From NCBI GenBank assembly GCA_963817525.1, contig CAWFOU010000007.1:1152001-1216000 (forward strand): DNA of 64,000 nucleotides, in the 5' to 3' direction. Shown in pieces: positions 38,020 through 48,359 of this stretch. Position 1 is the stretch's first letter. Each line of letters starts with the position of its first letter. The DNA comes from an uncultured archaeon (GTDB lineage Archaea > Thermoproteota > Nitrososphaeria > Nitrososphaerales > Gagatemarchaeaceae). A program made the position numbers and the translations under genes. The notes beneath the pieces are model-generated. The model saw only the letters and a program-made list of their open reading frames with translations. It made no database searches and was not told where the DNA came from.

Positions 38020-40299
38020 TTGAGTTCTGGCTTCATAAGGTTCCTCGACGAGATCGGGAAGCACGACGCCTCCTTCGCCGGAGGCAAGGGGGCCAACCTG
38101 GGCGAGATGTACAGGTCCCATCTGCCCGTCCCTCCCGCGTTCGTCGTGACCACAAAGGCCTACGGTGTCTTCCTCGCCGCCAACGCCCTGGACGCGAGGG
38201 TCAAGAGGATGCTGTCGAAGCTCGACTACGACGACATCGACAAGCTGGATAAGGGCGCCGCCGAGATAAGAGAGCTGATCGAATCGTCGAGGATGCCCGC
38301 AGAGCTCGCGCGGGAGATCGCCCTGGGGTACGCCGAGCTGCGGAGGATGTCCGGAGGGGGAAGGATTCCGGTCGCCGTGCGGAGCTCCGCCACCATGGAG
38401 GACCTGAGGGAAGCCTCGTTCGCCGGACAGCAGGTGACCCTCCTCAACGTGAAAGGGATGCCCGAGCTGCTGAGGTCGATCAAGGAATGCTGGGCGTCGG
38501 TCTACACGGCGCGCGCCGCCTTCTATCGCGCCAAGAAGGGGTTCGGGTTCAAGGCCATCCCCACGGCCGTCGTGGTCCAAAAGCAGATCATGAGCGAAAG
38601 GGCCGGGGTTGGCTTCACCGTCCACCCGACGACCGGGGATAGGGGGCAGATAGTGATCGAGTCGAGCTACGGCCAGGGGGAGGAGATAGTTTCAGGAGGC
38701 GTGACGCCGGACACGTTCGTCATCGACAAGAAGACCGGCGAGGTCGTGGAGCAGAGGATCAGCCACAAGCCGAAGATGAGGCTGGCCCGCGAGAGGGGCT
38801 CCGGGCTGCAGGATTCTGCGGTGCCAGAGGGGAAGCGGGATGAGCCGTCCCTGAGCCGGTCAGAGCTCGAAGAGCTGCGGGTCCTTGGGCTCGCGCTGGA
38901 GAGGCACTATGACTACCCGCAGGACTTTGAGTGGGCCATCGAAAAGGGGGAGATATTCCTCGTCCAGACCAGGGCAGTGACAGTCCTCGAGAAGGTCCCC
39001 AAGAAGGCGCAAGGAATTAGGGCGAAGCCCCTCCTCAAGGGGCTCGGGGTCTCGCCTGGGATCGGGACCGGCGGGGTGAAGCTCGTGCTCGACATCAAGG
39101 ACCTTGGCCGAGTGGCGAAGGGGGAGGTGCTCGTTACGAAGATGACCACGCCGGACTTTGTTCCCGCGATGCTGAAGACGGCCGGGATAGTGACCGACGA
39201 GGGAGGCATGACAAGCCACGCGGCCATAGTGAGTAGGGAGCTCGGGGTCCCGTGCGTCGTCGGCACAGGCAGGGCGACCAAAGTCTTGACAGAGGGGTCG
39301 ACCGTCTCGGTTGATGGCTCGACGGGGACCGTCTACAGCGGCGTAGTGGCGGCGAAGGTCCCTAGGAAGAACCTGACGGAGGAGCTTCGTGAGGCCAGGG
39401 GACTGAAGACCAAGACCAAGGTCTACATGAACCTCGGGGTGCCCGAGAAGATCAAGGACTATGCCAACATCCCCTTCGACGGGATCGGCCTGATGAGGGT
39501 TGAGTTCATCATCGCGAGCCACGTCAGGGAGCACCCACTCCATCTCATGGAGACCGGCCGCTCGTCCGTGCTGGTGGACCTCCTCGCAGAGGGTATAGCG
39601 GTCGTGGCCAGAGAGACGAATCCGAGACCGGTCGTGGTCAGGTTTTCCGACTTCAAGTCGAACGAGTACCGGGACCTCAAGGGCGGGGAGAAGTACGAGG
39701 AGGTGGAGGCGAATCCCATGATAGGCTGGCGCGGCGTGTCCAGGTACGTGTCCCCAGAGTACCAGAAGGCCTTCGAGCTGGAGGTGATGGCGATCAAGAA
39801 GGTAAGGGAGGAGCTGGGGCTAACGAACGTCTGGGCGATGCTCCCCTTTGTCAGGACCACGTGGGAGGTCGAGAAGTGCGTCGAGATCATAGAGAGGGCA
39901 GGGCTGAAGCGCGGCCCCGACTTCAAGGTCTGGCTGATGGCGGAGGTGCCCTCCATCGTCTTCATGGCTCGAGAGTTCGCCGAGCTATGCGACGGCTTTA
40001 GCATCGGATCCAACGACCTTACGCAGCTCGTCCTCGGGATTGACCGCGATTCCACGAAGCTCGCCAACCTCGGATATTTCGACGAAAGGGACGAGGCCGT
40101 GAAGCGGGCGATCAAGATGCTGATCGAGGGGGCTCACTCCAAGGGAAAGACGGTCTCGATCTGTGGACAGGCCCCTTCAGTCTACCCCGAGTTTGCGGAG
40201 TACCTGGTCGGGCTGGGGATCGACTCGATGTCGGTCAACCCAGACTCCGTGGCGAGGACGAGGATACTCGTGAGCCGCGCAGAGGGGAGGCGGAGATGA
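38020..40299 (+). CDS. ppsA: Phosphoenolpyruvate synthase
   Basis: GGKGANLGEM, VAVRSSATMED, SFAGQ, TSHAAIVSRE, EANPMIGWRG and SIGSNDLTQ. Confidence 0.97.
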   Translation: MSSGFIRFLDEIGKHDASFAGGKGANLGEMYRSHLPVPPAFVVTTKAYGVFLAANALDARVKRMLSKLDYDDIDKLDKGAAEIRELIESSRMPAELAREIALGYAELRRMSGGGRIPVAVRSSATMEDLREASFAGQQVTLLNVKGMPELLRSIKECWASVYTARAAFYRAKKGFGFKAIPTAVVVQKQIMSERAGVGFTVHPTTGDRGQIVIESSYGQGEEIVSGGVTPDTFVIDKKTGEVVEQRISHKPKMRLARERGSGLQDSAVPEGKRDEPSLSRSELEELRVLGLALERHYDYPQDFEWAIEKGEIFLVQTRAVTVLEKVPKKAQGIRAKPLLKGLGVSPGIGTGGVKLVLDIKDLGRVAKGEVLVTKMTTPDFVPAMLKTAGIVTDEGGMTSHAAIVSRELGVPCVVGTGRATKVLTEGSTVSVDGSTGTVYSGVVAAKVPRKNLTEELREARGLKTKTKVYMNLGVPEKIKDYANIPFDGIGLMRVEFIIASHVREHPLHLMETGRSSVLVDLLAEGIAVVARETNPRPVVVRFSDFKSNEYRDLKGGEKYEEVEANPMIGWRGVSRYVSPEYQKAFELEVMAIKKVREELGLTNVWAMLPFVRTTWEVEKCVEIIERAGLKRGPDFKVWLMAEVPSIVFMAREFAELCDGFSIGSNDLTQLVLGIDRDSTKLANLGYFDERDEAVKRAIKMLIEGAHSKGKTVSICGQAPSVYPEFAEYLVGLGIDSMSVNPDSVARTRILVSRAEGRRR

Positions 40300-40477
40300 G
40301 GGCGGAATCGGGCCCTCAACGACCTCCAGCGCAAGACGGCGACGAGCGCGTCGAGCGGGCCTTCGCCGCGGTTCCCAGCGCTCGAGGACGGCCCGCGGCG
40401 AGAGCAGAATAAGGGGTACACCTCTGTGTGCAGGGCGATAGCAATTAATTCGCTGGCCTGAGAAGCACGACCCCACG

Positions 40478-40921
40478 GTGGCCTCGGTCCATGTCCGAAA
40501 CGAGATGGACATGCCCGTCCCCCCCGAGGCTGTGTGGGCCTGGCTCGTCCGCGCGCAGCTGTGGCCCGCTTGGTACCCCAACTCGCAGAATGTGGTCATC
40601 GAGGGCGGAGGCCCCGACCTCAAGGCCGGCTCCAAGTTCCGCTGGAAGACGTTCGGGGTGACCCTGGACTCGGTGGTCGAGGAGTTCGTCCCCCCCGAGC
40701 GCATCGCGTGGAGCGCGAGGGCGATGGGCGTCGACGCCTACCACGCGTGGCTCGTCGAGGGGGGGCCATCGGGATGCCACGTCCTCACCGAGGAGACGCA
40801 GAACGGCCTGCTCGCTAGCATCAGCAACGCGGTCAGGCCCAACAACATGGGCAACCACCACCAGGTCTGGCTGGAGAACCTGCTCGCAAAGGCGAAGGGC
40901 GGCCCGCCGCCGCAGCCCTAG
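40478..40921 (+). CDS. SRPBCC/START family protein
   Basis: PPEAVWAWL...WPAW...FVPPERIAW. Confidence 0.85.
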   Translation: MASVHVRNEMDMPVPPEAVWAWLVRAQLWPAWYPNSQNVVIEGGGPDLKAGSKFRWKTFGVTLDSVVEEFVPPERIAWSARAMGVDAYHAWLVEGGPSGCHVLTEETQNGLLASISNAVRPNNMGNHHQVWLENLLAKAKGGPPPQP

Positions 40922-41895
40922 TTCATCAGGGGCTCTAGCGCCGATATCGCGAGCGGCGGGATCTTCTTGAAGTCCTGCCACTCCTGCCGCGAGAGCTTGA
41001 AGAAGTCGGCCCCGAACACGAAGGTGAGGTTCTGCCCGATGTCGGGCTTGCCCCTGGGAAAGTCCACTATCACGTGGACGCTGATCCCCTCGTCCTCGTG
41101 GAAGACGTTCACCGCGCTGACAGAATTGAGGAGCTTCTCGGCGGAGTATGGCGAGTTGCGAAGGTCCTTGTCGAGAGAGGAGACCATCACGCTGTAGCCG
41201 CCCCTGGCGTTGTGGCTCTGGATCCTGGGAGGGTTCCCCAGCGGAGGGAGGTCGTAGGATATGCCGTAGAGCCCGGCGAGCTTGTCCAGCTCCTTGCTCT
41301 TCATGAAGTTCAGCAGCGAGAGGTCTTCGTCGCCGTTCTTCGCGACGAGGTGGTGCTTCGTGAGGTGATACCTCACGGACATCGCCAGGTTCTTCGTGAT
41401 CTGCGGAGAGACGCCCACCTGGCCGTAGACCACCCTCGGGCGCAGGTACTCGGGGAAGTAGCCGAGGGTGACGTCCCACCCGTCGATCTCCCTCGTGTAG
41501 ACGCTGTCGTGGCTCCCCCACTCCTCGGTCTGCTTGGCCGGGAAGAGGTTGGCCCCGTCGGCGGCCTCCCCGACCAGCTGCTCGAGCCTGTCGAGGAGTA
41601 TCCTCCTCCGCATGGTGGCGTCCACGGTCTGGGGGTCGGTCCCCAGGACCGCAAGCACGAGCTGGCCCACCTCTGGCCCGGCCATGGCCCTCGTCTCCCC
41701 CATGCTCGTCACGACGAGGTCGGTGAGCCTCGAGGCGAGGACCTCGAGCCCCCTGGGGGTCCCCCAGTCTCCTTTGGCCCTGACTATCTCCGAAATTGCC
41801 TTGCGCTTGGCCTCGTCGGTCTCCTGCTTAGAGGTTGAATCGTAGAACCCGTCGAAGGCGTCCATCGCTCCGCGTATCGATTCAGTGACTTTCAT
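40918..41895 (-). CDS. Hypothetical protein
   Basis: 325-aa ORF with strong GC3 bias; no motif recognised. Confidence 0.7.
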   Translation of the reverse strand: MKVTESIRGAMDAFDGFYDSTSKQETDEAKRKAISEIVRAKGDWGTPRGLEVLASRLTDLVVTSMGETRAMAGPEVGQLVLAVLGTDPQTVDATMRRRILLDRLEQLVGEAADGANLFPAKQTEEWGSHDSVYTREIDGWDVTLGYFPEYLRPRVVYGQVGVSPQITKNLAMSVRYHLTKHHLVAKNGDEDLSLLNFMKSKELDKLAGLYGISYDLPPLGNPPRIQSHNARGGYSVMVSSLDKDLRNSPYSAEKLLNSVSAVNVFHEDEGISVHVIVDFPRGKPDIGQNLTFVFGADFFKLSRQEWQDFKKIPPLAISALEPLMN

Positions 41896-42109
41896 GGCGT
41901 CCTCTCTGGCCCGGGGCGACTGGGAGGATTATATCCTTTGGGAGTCCGATTTTCATGATACAATCGCCGAAACCGGCGCGGCATCGTCGGCAACGCCACG
42001 GATGGGCGGCGCGTCCATGGGCGCCCATGCGCCCCACTTTGTCCCCCCGCGTTACGCAAAAGCAGGCGAGCGCATTTATTAGCTCGGCATCGCAAATCCA
42101 TCCACTCCG

Positions 42110-43111
42110 ATGGTCGTCTGGTTCGTATATCTCGCCCTGGGCGTGTCCGTCGCCGTCTCGTTCTGGATGTCCCTCGTCGAGGCGACCTTCCTCACGGTCA
42201 GGCCGCTGTCCCTGACGACGGAGAGCTCGGGGGGCAACTCGGGCGCGACCAGGGCCATCAAGATCGTGGGCGAGAGGACCAAGTTGGTAAGCTCGACGAC
42301 CCTCATCTCCACCTTCTCGGACGTCATCCTCACAAGCGCCACCGGCCTGATACTCTCCAGCGCGTTCGGGCCGGAGGGTTGGATATTCACGGTGGTGATC
42401 GCGTCGCTGGTCATCATGGTCTTCCTCAACCTCCTCCCGAAGGCGATAGGGATCGAGAACTCGGTCAGGATGGCGATCTTCCTCTCTCCGAGCACGGGGA
42501 TACTCCTGAACGTCCTCGCGCCGGTCGCGGTCCCCCTCACAAAGCTCGCGAAGACCCTGTCGCAGGGGATCGTCGGCAAGCCCGCCTACGAGAAGGAGGA
42601 GCTCGTGGACGAGTTCGAGAACCTCCTCATCATGCTCGAGAAGGCCGGGGAGATAGAGCCCGACTCGGGCAGGATACTCCGCTCGGCGCTCGCCTCGTCC
42701 AAGACCACGGCCGGGGACCTGCTCACCCCCATACGGGAGATAGTCGCGGTGGACGCCGGCTCGGAAGTGAAGGAGGCCCTGATGCTGATGGGCAAATCGA
42801 ACCATCCTCACCTCCCCGTGTACGACGCCAAGGCGGGCGCGTACGTCGGCGCGGTCACCTTCCGCTCCCTGTTCAGGGCCTTCAACGCGGAGGGCATATC
42901 CCAGGGAGTCGTTCGCTACATGGTCCAGCCGGCGAAGGTAGACGTGGACGAGACCGCGGCCTCGGTCATGGACAGGATGCAAAAGGCGGGCGTGACGATG
43001 GCGTTCGTCTCCGAGGGAGGGAAGCTCGCGGGGATGGTCACGGTGACCGACATCCTCGAGGTCATACTCGGGACGAAGATCAGGAGAGAGACACACTCCG
43101 AAGGGCCCTAG
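42110..43111 (+). CDS. CNNM (DUF21) plus CBS-pair protein
   Basis: SFWMSLVEATF, LLPKAIG and two CBS domains. Confidence 0.88.
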   Translation: MVVWFVYLALGVSVAVSFWMSLVEATFLTVRPLSLTTESSGGNSGATRAIKIVGERTKLVSSTTLISTFSDVILTSATGLILSSAFGPEGWIFTVVIASLVIMVFLNLLPKAIGIENSVRMAIFLSPSTGILLNVLAPVAVPLTKLAKTLSQGIVGKPAYEKEELVDEFENLLIMLEKAGEIEPDSGRILRSALASSKTTAGDLLTPIREIVAVDAGSEVKEALMLMGKSNHPHLPVYDAKAGAYVGAVTFRSLFRAFNAEGISQGVVRYMVQPAKVDVDETAASVMDRMQKAGVTMAFVSEGGKLAGMVTVTDILEVILGTKIRRETHSEGP

Positions 43112-43126
43112 CGGGAGCCCTTCCCC

Positions 43127-43864
43127 TCAGATCATCGCGGCTATCGTGGCTATCGTGGCTATCAGGACGGCGAGGATGCCCGTGAGGAATATCCCGTCGA
43201 ACTTGCCCGCGCCCCCTATGCTGGCGACGTGCGTCCCTCCCGCAGTGATCTTCCCAAGGTTAGAGAGGTCCGCCCCGACGAGCGTGCCGAGGGTCCCCGC
43301 GATGTACGCGTCGATCGCTAGGTGGCTCACCCCGAAGGGCACCGAGAAGAGGACGGCGGCGACAGGCGGGAGGAGGGTCGGCGCGACTATCCCCACCCCC
43401 TCGACATACCTCGCCACCACGTGGACCGCCACGGCCGTGAGGGCGCTCGCGACAACGACGCCTAGCAGGATGCTCGGGTGGGCGTCCAGGAGTATGGCGG
43501 TCACGATGAGCGGGACGACCGCACCGCCGACGTTGACCGCGATGGTTGTCGTGGTCTGCGCGAGCGCGTACTGGGGTATCCTGTAGGTGACCCAGAATGC
43601 CCTGACCTCTCGCACGACCACGGTAGGCCTCACATTCTTGATCTGCCATATCGGGATGTCGACGTAGCTGCCGAGGAGCGCCGCCCCGAGGATTACGAGG
43701 AACTGCAGCCGGGTGAAGCCCGTCTTCTCGAAGGCAACCTCCGTCACGAAGACGAAGATGAACGCGACGACGATGAAGAAGAACAGCGCTAGCACATAGT
43801 CGACGAGGGTGTACTGCCGCCTGTAGACCGCGCGCCCGTCGTTGGACATCCTATCTCGACCCAC
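43127..43864 (-). CDS. DUF1614 family membrane protein
   Basis: IAVNVGGAVVP, GTLGTLVGADL and SIGGAGKFDGIFLTG. Confidence 0.9.
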   Translation of the reverse strand: MGRDRMSNDGRAVYRRQYTLVDYVLALFFFIVVAFIFVFVTEVAFEKTGFTRLQFLVILGAALLGSYVDIPIWQIKNVRPTVVVREVRAFWVTYRIPQYALAQTTTTIAVNVGGAVVPLIVTAILLDAHPSILLGVVVASALTAVAVHVVARYVEGVGIVAPTLLPPVAAVLFSVPFGVSHLAIDAYIAGTLGTLVGADLSNLGKITAGGTHVASIGGAGKFDGIFLTGILAVLIATIATIAAMI

Positions 43865-43870
43865 CCGGAC

Positions 43871-44524
43871 CTACTCGGCTTTGAGTTCTCCTACAGCGCC
43901 CCGGGGAGTCGCTTCCCCGAAGACCTCGGCCTGGAACCTCAGCACCCTCACCTTGGGCGTCAGCCAGGCGTTTGGGAAGAGCCCCGCCTTCTCGCACGTC
44001 AGCGAGAGGAAGGCCTCGGGGGTCAGGCCCATATCGCTCGCGACCTGTGGGAGGAGGAGCCCGCTGGTCCCCATCCCCGAGACGATGAGCCCGTCCGTCC
44101 CTATCCTCACCTGCTTGGGCAGCTCCGGTGGCGGCCCCTCCAGGGTCTCGGGCGCCGTCAGTGCGCTTACCTCTACTGTAAGCGAGTCGAGCTCATCGGG
44201 CTCCACCCTCGGGAACCTTGGGTCCCGTGTCGCCGCGCCCACTGCGGCGTCGAAGACCGCCTCCCCAAGGGGCTTCACCGGGTATGGTATGCCGATGCAA
44301 CCCCTCAGCGCGCCGTCGAGCTTGCTCAGTGTCACAAAGGCGCCCCGGTTGACGGTGAGGAAGGCCTCAGGCGTGTCCGGCTGCGGCCGTGCGACCTGGC
44401 CTGCTGGCACCCTCTCCACGACCGAGTCTATGGCACCCCTGGCTATCGAGACGAGGAGGGACCCCTGCTCCAGCGAAAGCGGCTCTCCCGTCCTCATTGG
44501 TTCGCAGAACGTCATTGCCGGCAA
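43871..44524 (-). CDS. amrA: AMMECR1-domain protein (AmmeMemoRadiSam protein A)
   Basis: GAFVTL...LRGCIG, DPRF, LLLPQV and CEKAGL. Confidence 0.92.
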   Translation of the reverse strand: MPAMTFCEPMRTGEPLSLEQGSLLVSIARGAIDSVVERVPAGQVARPQPDTPEAFLTVNRGAFVTLSKLDGALRGCIGIPYPVKPLGEAVFDAAVGAATRDPRFPRVEPDELDSLTVEVSALTAPETLEGPPPELPKQVRIGTDGLIVSGMGTSGLLLPQVASDMGLTPEAFLSLTCEKAGLFPNAWLTPKVRVLRFQAEVFGEATPRGAVGELKAE

Positions 44525-44556
44525 TAAATATTACCGCCAAATCGATACGAAAGTCC

Positions 44557-45432
44557 GTGGTGAACTTACTACGCAGGCCCGCCTTTGCCGGGAGCTTCTA
44601 TCCCTCGGGCGAGGCGGAGCTCAGGGGTGCGATAGACGCATCCTATCTGCACTCGCTCGGTCCCAGGAAGCTGCCGACGAAGGGAGGGGGAGCGATGGCC
44701 AAGGGGCTCAAGGCCTGCGTGTGCCCCCACGCGGGCTACATATTCTCAGGGCCTGTCGCTGCCCACAGCTACCTCGACGTCTCCCAACTGGCGAAGCCCG
44801 GCCTCGTGGTGGTCGTCGGCCCCAACCACTACGGGCTTGGCAGCGGCGTCGCCACATATGGGAAGGGCGAGTGGGAGACCCCGCTCGGAAGGGTGACGAT
44901 AGACGAGGAGGCCTCCAAGAGGATCGTCGACCTCACCGGCATCGTGGACTACGACGCGGAGGCCCACAGGAGGGAGCACTCGATCGAGGTCCAGCTCCCC
45001 TTCCTGCAGAGCCTCTATGGCGGGTCCTTCGGATTCCTCCCCATCTCGCTCGCCCTCCAGGACAAGCACACCGCCCGGGACTTGGGGAAGGGGCTGGCGG
45101 AGCTCCTCGGGGACGCGGCGGAGGGAGGCAGCGCAGCGGTCCTCATAGCGTCGTCCGACCTCACCCACTACGAGCCCGCCGCGCAGGCGAGAGAGAAGGA
45201 CATGGCTCTCCTCAAGCACGTGGAGAGGCTCGATATCGACGCGTTCTACACAACGCTCGAGAGGAGGAACGTCACCGCGTGCGGGTACGGGGCCATCGCC
45301 ACGGTCATGGAGGCGTGCCGACTCCTTGGGCACTCGAAGGGGCGCATCAACAAGTACGCCACAACCGGCGACGTGACGGGCGACGACGCCGCGGTCGTGG
45401 GCTATCCTTCCGTCTCCTTCCTAAAGGCGTGA
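44557..45432 (+). CDS. amrB: MEMO1 family protein (AmmeMemoRadiSam protein B)
   Basis: PAFAGSFYP, PHAGYIFSG, GPNH, EHSIEVQLPFLQ and ASSDLTHY. Confidence 0.95.
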   Translation: MVNLLRRPAFAGSFYPSGEAELRGAIDASYLHSLGPRKLPTKGGGAMAKGLKACVCPHAGYIFSGPVAAHSYLDVSQLAKPGLVVVVGPNHYGLGSGVATYGKGEWETPLGRVTIDEEASKRIVDLTGIVDYDAEAHRREHSIEVQLPFLQSLYGGSFGFLPISLALQDKHTARDLGKGLAELLGDAAEGGSAAVLIASSDLTHYEPAAQAREKDMALLKHVERLDIDAFYTTLERRNVTACGYGAIATVMEACRLLGHSKGRINKYATTGDVTGDDAAVVGYPSVSFLKA

Positions 45433-45484
45433 GCCAAAGCAGGCCTTATAGGACGGCCCGCGGATTTGCGGCACGAAGAGACAG

Positions 45485-47635
45485 ATGGTAGACAAGGAAG
45501 CAATCCTCTGGCGCCCGGCCGAAGGCGGGAGGGTCGTGTGCTTCGCTTGCAACCGGAAGTGCTCGATCCCGGAGGGCTCGCACGGCTTCTGCTACGTGAG
45601 GAAGAACGTAGGGGGGAGGCTCTACCTCGCGTCCTACGGCAAGCTCGCGGCGATGCAGGTCGACCCGATCGAGAAGAAACCTTTCAACCACTTCCACCCC
45701 GGGACGCACGTCTTCACTGTCGGGACGGTCAGCTGCAACTGGCACTGCCACCCCGCGGGGACGAAGATCACTCTCGCGGATGGTTCGACAAAGGGTGTCG
45801 AGTCGTTGGCAAAGGGCGATGCGCTCTGGTCGTATGATGTAACGAGTGACGATATCTCAAAATCTAACCCAAGACCAAACGTTGTGACAGAGATTCGAAC
45901 TCGACAAGCCGAACTCTGGGAGGTGTGGTGGGGCGGCACGAAGGCGACCCAGAAAAAGAAACATAGGAAGACCTTGATCACGGGCGACCATCCTGTACTG
46001 ACGAAAGAAGGTTGGAAGCAAGTCGCGAATCTCAAAGCAGGTGACCATATTCTAAGGGTCTGGCCTCAGATAACAACAAAGAGGATCGCGGCTCAGAAGA
46101 CATCTGAATTCAAATGCAAGAAATGCGGAGCTGTGCTAGGCGGCGTCAAAGCGTGGGCCACGCATCGCAACGCATGCTACGCTGACGAGCATGTGATGCC
46201 GGAATCGCAAAGGGCAATACTCAGAGAGATGATGAAAACTCGGAACCCCATGAGAGACCCCGCGACGGTCGAGAAGCACAAGGCCACCGTCAGATTGAGA
46301 CTTCGCACCGACCCCAACTATGGCCTCCACCGAAACATCGAGCGATTCCGCAGGTCTTTGCACAAGCACCCTTCGAAGGGCCAACTGATTCTCTACGAAA
46401 TCCTAGACGACCTTTGTGTTGACTACGAGCAGGAGTTCAAGATCAAGCCAGAAAAGCTCCTTCCAGAGTCGCAGACGACCTACATCTTGGATGCCGCACT
46501 GCCGGAACTCAAGCTAGATCTCGAGGTAGACGGATGGTGGCATTTCGACGACGAGCGCATAAAGAAGCGCGATGTCATTAGGGACGCCACTCTTGAGCTG
46601 AACGGTTGGAGAGTAGTAAGGATTCCGGGTTCAACAATCTACAACCATGCCGAATCGATTCGGGACCTAGTAATCGAGAGCATGTTCTCTCCCCCCATGA
46701 TAAACGACAAGCATTGGGTCAGGGTCAATGATGTGAAGCGGACCGGTCAGGTCACGACCGTCTATGGCTTCGAGTGCATTCCAAGCCACACGTACGTCGC
46801 GGACGGCATACTCGTCCACAACTGCCTCTTCTGCCAGAACCACGCGATTAGCAAGGAGACCGACGTCTACGGCGAGGACGTCCCGCCTGAGCAGGTCCCG
46901 GTTCTCGCGGACGAGAACGACTGCGAGGGCGTCGGCTTCAGCTACAACGAGCCGACGATATTCGTCGAGTACGTCATCGACGCGGCGAGGGAGGCCCACA
47001 AGAAGGGCAAGTACACGGTGTTCGTCACCAACGGGTACGGGACCGTGGAGATGGTGAGGGCGATCAAGGGGTACGTGGACGCGGTCGTCGTGGACTACAA
47101 GGGGAGCGGAGAGGAGCATTTCCAGAGGCGGCAGACCATGACCGTCAGCGCGGAGCCCGTGAATGAGACCCTCCTCGAGCTCAAAAGGCAGAAGATCCAC
47201 ACGGAGCTCACCGACCTCATCATCCCGCAGGTGGGAGAGGACCTCGAGGAAGCCAAGAGGCTCTGCCGCTGGCTCTACGACAACCTCGGGCCTGACGTCC
47301 CGATACAGTTCACCAGATTCCACCCGGACTACAAGATGTTGGACGTCCCAGTCACGCCCTACGAGCTCCTAGAGAGGCACCACGCTGCCGCCAAGGCGGC
47401 AGGCCTGAACTACCCATACATCGGAAACGTGCCCGGGAGCCCGCAGGAGCACACGTACTGCCCCGGGTGCCGCGGCGTGGTGATCGAGAGGCACGGGTTC
47501 GTCATAACGGGCTGGAACCTGGATGAAAACTACCTCTGCAGGGAGTGCGGTCACAAGATCCCGATCGAGGGGAAGAGGGCGACCCGCTTCCGCTACAGGG
47601 GCATCGAGTCCTTCTACATCCCGAACCCCCGTTGA
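45485..47635 (+). CDS. amrS: AmmeMemoRadiSam radical SAM enzyme, intein-containing
   Basis: DPIEKKPFNHFHPG; spliced motif CNWH/CLFCQN; YNEP, TNG, FHPDYK and YIGNV. Confidence 0.93.
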   Translation: MVDKEAILWRPAEGGRVVCFACNRKCSIPEGSHGFCYVRKNVGGRLYLASYGKLAAMQVDPIEKKPFNHFHPGTHVFTVGTVSCNWHCHPAGTKITLADGSTKGVESLAKGDALWSYDVTSDDISKSNPRPNVVTEIRTRQAELWEVWWGGTKATQKKKHRKTLITGDHPVLTKEGWKQVANLKAGDHILRVWPQITTKRIAAQKTSEFKCKKCGAVLGGVKAWATHRNACYADEHVMPESQRAILREMMKTRNPMRDPATVEKHKATVRLRLRTDPNYGLHRNIERFRRSLHKHPSKGQLILYEILDDLCVDYEQEFKIKPEKLLPESQTTYILDAALPELKLDLEVDGWWHFDDERIKKRDVIRDATLELNGWRVVRIPGSTIYNHAESIRDLVIESMFSPPMINDKHWVRVNDVKRTGQVTTVYGFECIPSHTYVADGILVHNCLFCQNHAISKETDVYGEDVPPEQVPVLADENDCEGVGFSYNEPTIFVEYVIDAAREAHKKGKYTVFVTNGYGTVEMVRAIKGYVDAVVVDYKGSGEEHFQRRQTMTVSAEPVNETLLELKRQKIHTELTDLIIPQVGEDLEEAKRLCRWLYDNLGPDVPIQFTRFHPDYKMLDVPVTPYELLERHHAAAKAAGLNYPYIGNVPGSPQEHTYCPGCRGVVIERHGFVITGWNLDENYLCRECGHKIPIEGKRATRFRYRGIESFYIPNPR
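45746..46822 (+). mobile_element. Intein (359 aa) with DUF559/Vsr-like endonuclease
   Basis: Begins CHPAGTKITLADG, has block B TGDHP and ends VHN/C. Nuclease motif is LEVDGWWH...RD..L...GWRVVR. GC is lower than the exteins. Confidence 0.92.
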
Positions 47636-47681
47636 GCGTCCGCCTGAAGGCTTTCATTCCAGTAGCAACGGGAGATGCCCG

Positions 47682-48350
47682 TTGGACGGACCCTCAGACG
47701 CGGCGAGACGCGCCCGACTCTTCTTCGCGGCCACCATCGCGGGGATTGCCCTCTACGTGGTCCTCGACGCGATAGCCCAGTCGCTGCCTCCCCACTATAG
47801 CCCGATAAGCCAGGCAGAGAGCGACCTGGCGGTCGGCCCCTATGGCTACGTGATGGCGGTCAACTTCGTCAACCGAGGCGTCCTGTCGCTGCTCTTCGTC
47901 TACGGCCTGGCGAAGAGCCTGCCGCGCAAGGCGGGGTTCGGGAGGGGCCTGGCCCTGCTGGGAATCTGGGGTGCGGGAGCGCTCGTCCTCGCCGTGGAGC
48001 CGACCGACGTGGGCGGGCCGGCCACGGTCCACGGGGTGATACACCTGATCGTCGCGACCCTAGCGTTTCTTGCGGCGGCCCTCGGCACCCTGTCGCTCTC
48101 GAGCGCGTTCAGGCGCGAGCCGTCCATGGAGTCGATTGTCCGATATGCGAGGCCCCTCTCGGTCCTCGCCCTGGTCTTCTTCGTCTTGCTCTATGGAGGG
48201 CCTTTCGTGTTCCCTCACGCGATGGACAAGGTCGGCGGGCTGGTCGAGAGGGTCTTCCTCGGGCTCATCCTCGCCTGGATGCTAGCAGTATCGGCCTCGA
48301 TGCTCAGGATGTCGACGCCCAGCCGCCAGAAGACGGCCGCGCCGACCTGA
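47682..48350 (+). CDS. DUF998 family membrane protein
   Basis: YSPISQAESDLAVGPYG, PTD, HGVIH and GLVERV. Confidence 0.85.
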   Translation: MDGPSDAARRARLFFAATIAGIALYVVLDAIAQSLPPHYSPISQAESDLAVGPYGYVMAVNFVNRGVLSLLFVYGLAKSLPRKAGFGRGLALLGIWGAGALVLAVEPTDVGGPATVHGVIHLIVATLAFLAAALGTLSLSSAFRREPSMESIVRYARPLSVLALVFFVLLYGGPFVFPHAMDKVGGLVERVFLGLILAWMLAVSASMLRMSTPSRQKTAAPT

Positions 48351-48359
48351 ACTCGCGCC

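Noticed and set aside
43871-45432. AmmeMemoRadiSam trio as a novel system
   Set aside because: Already a described conserved gene trio; only the intein in amrS is notable
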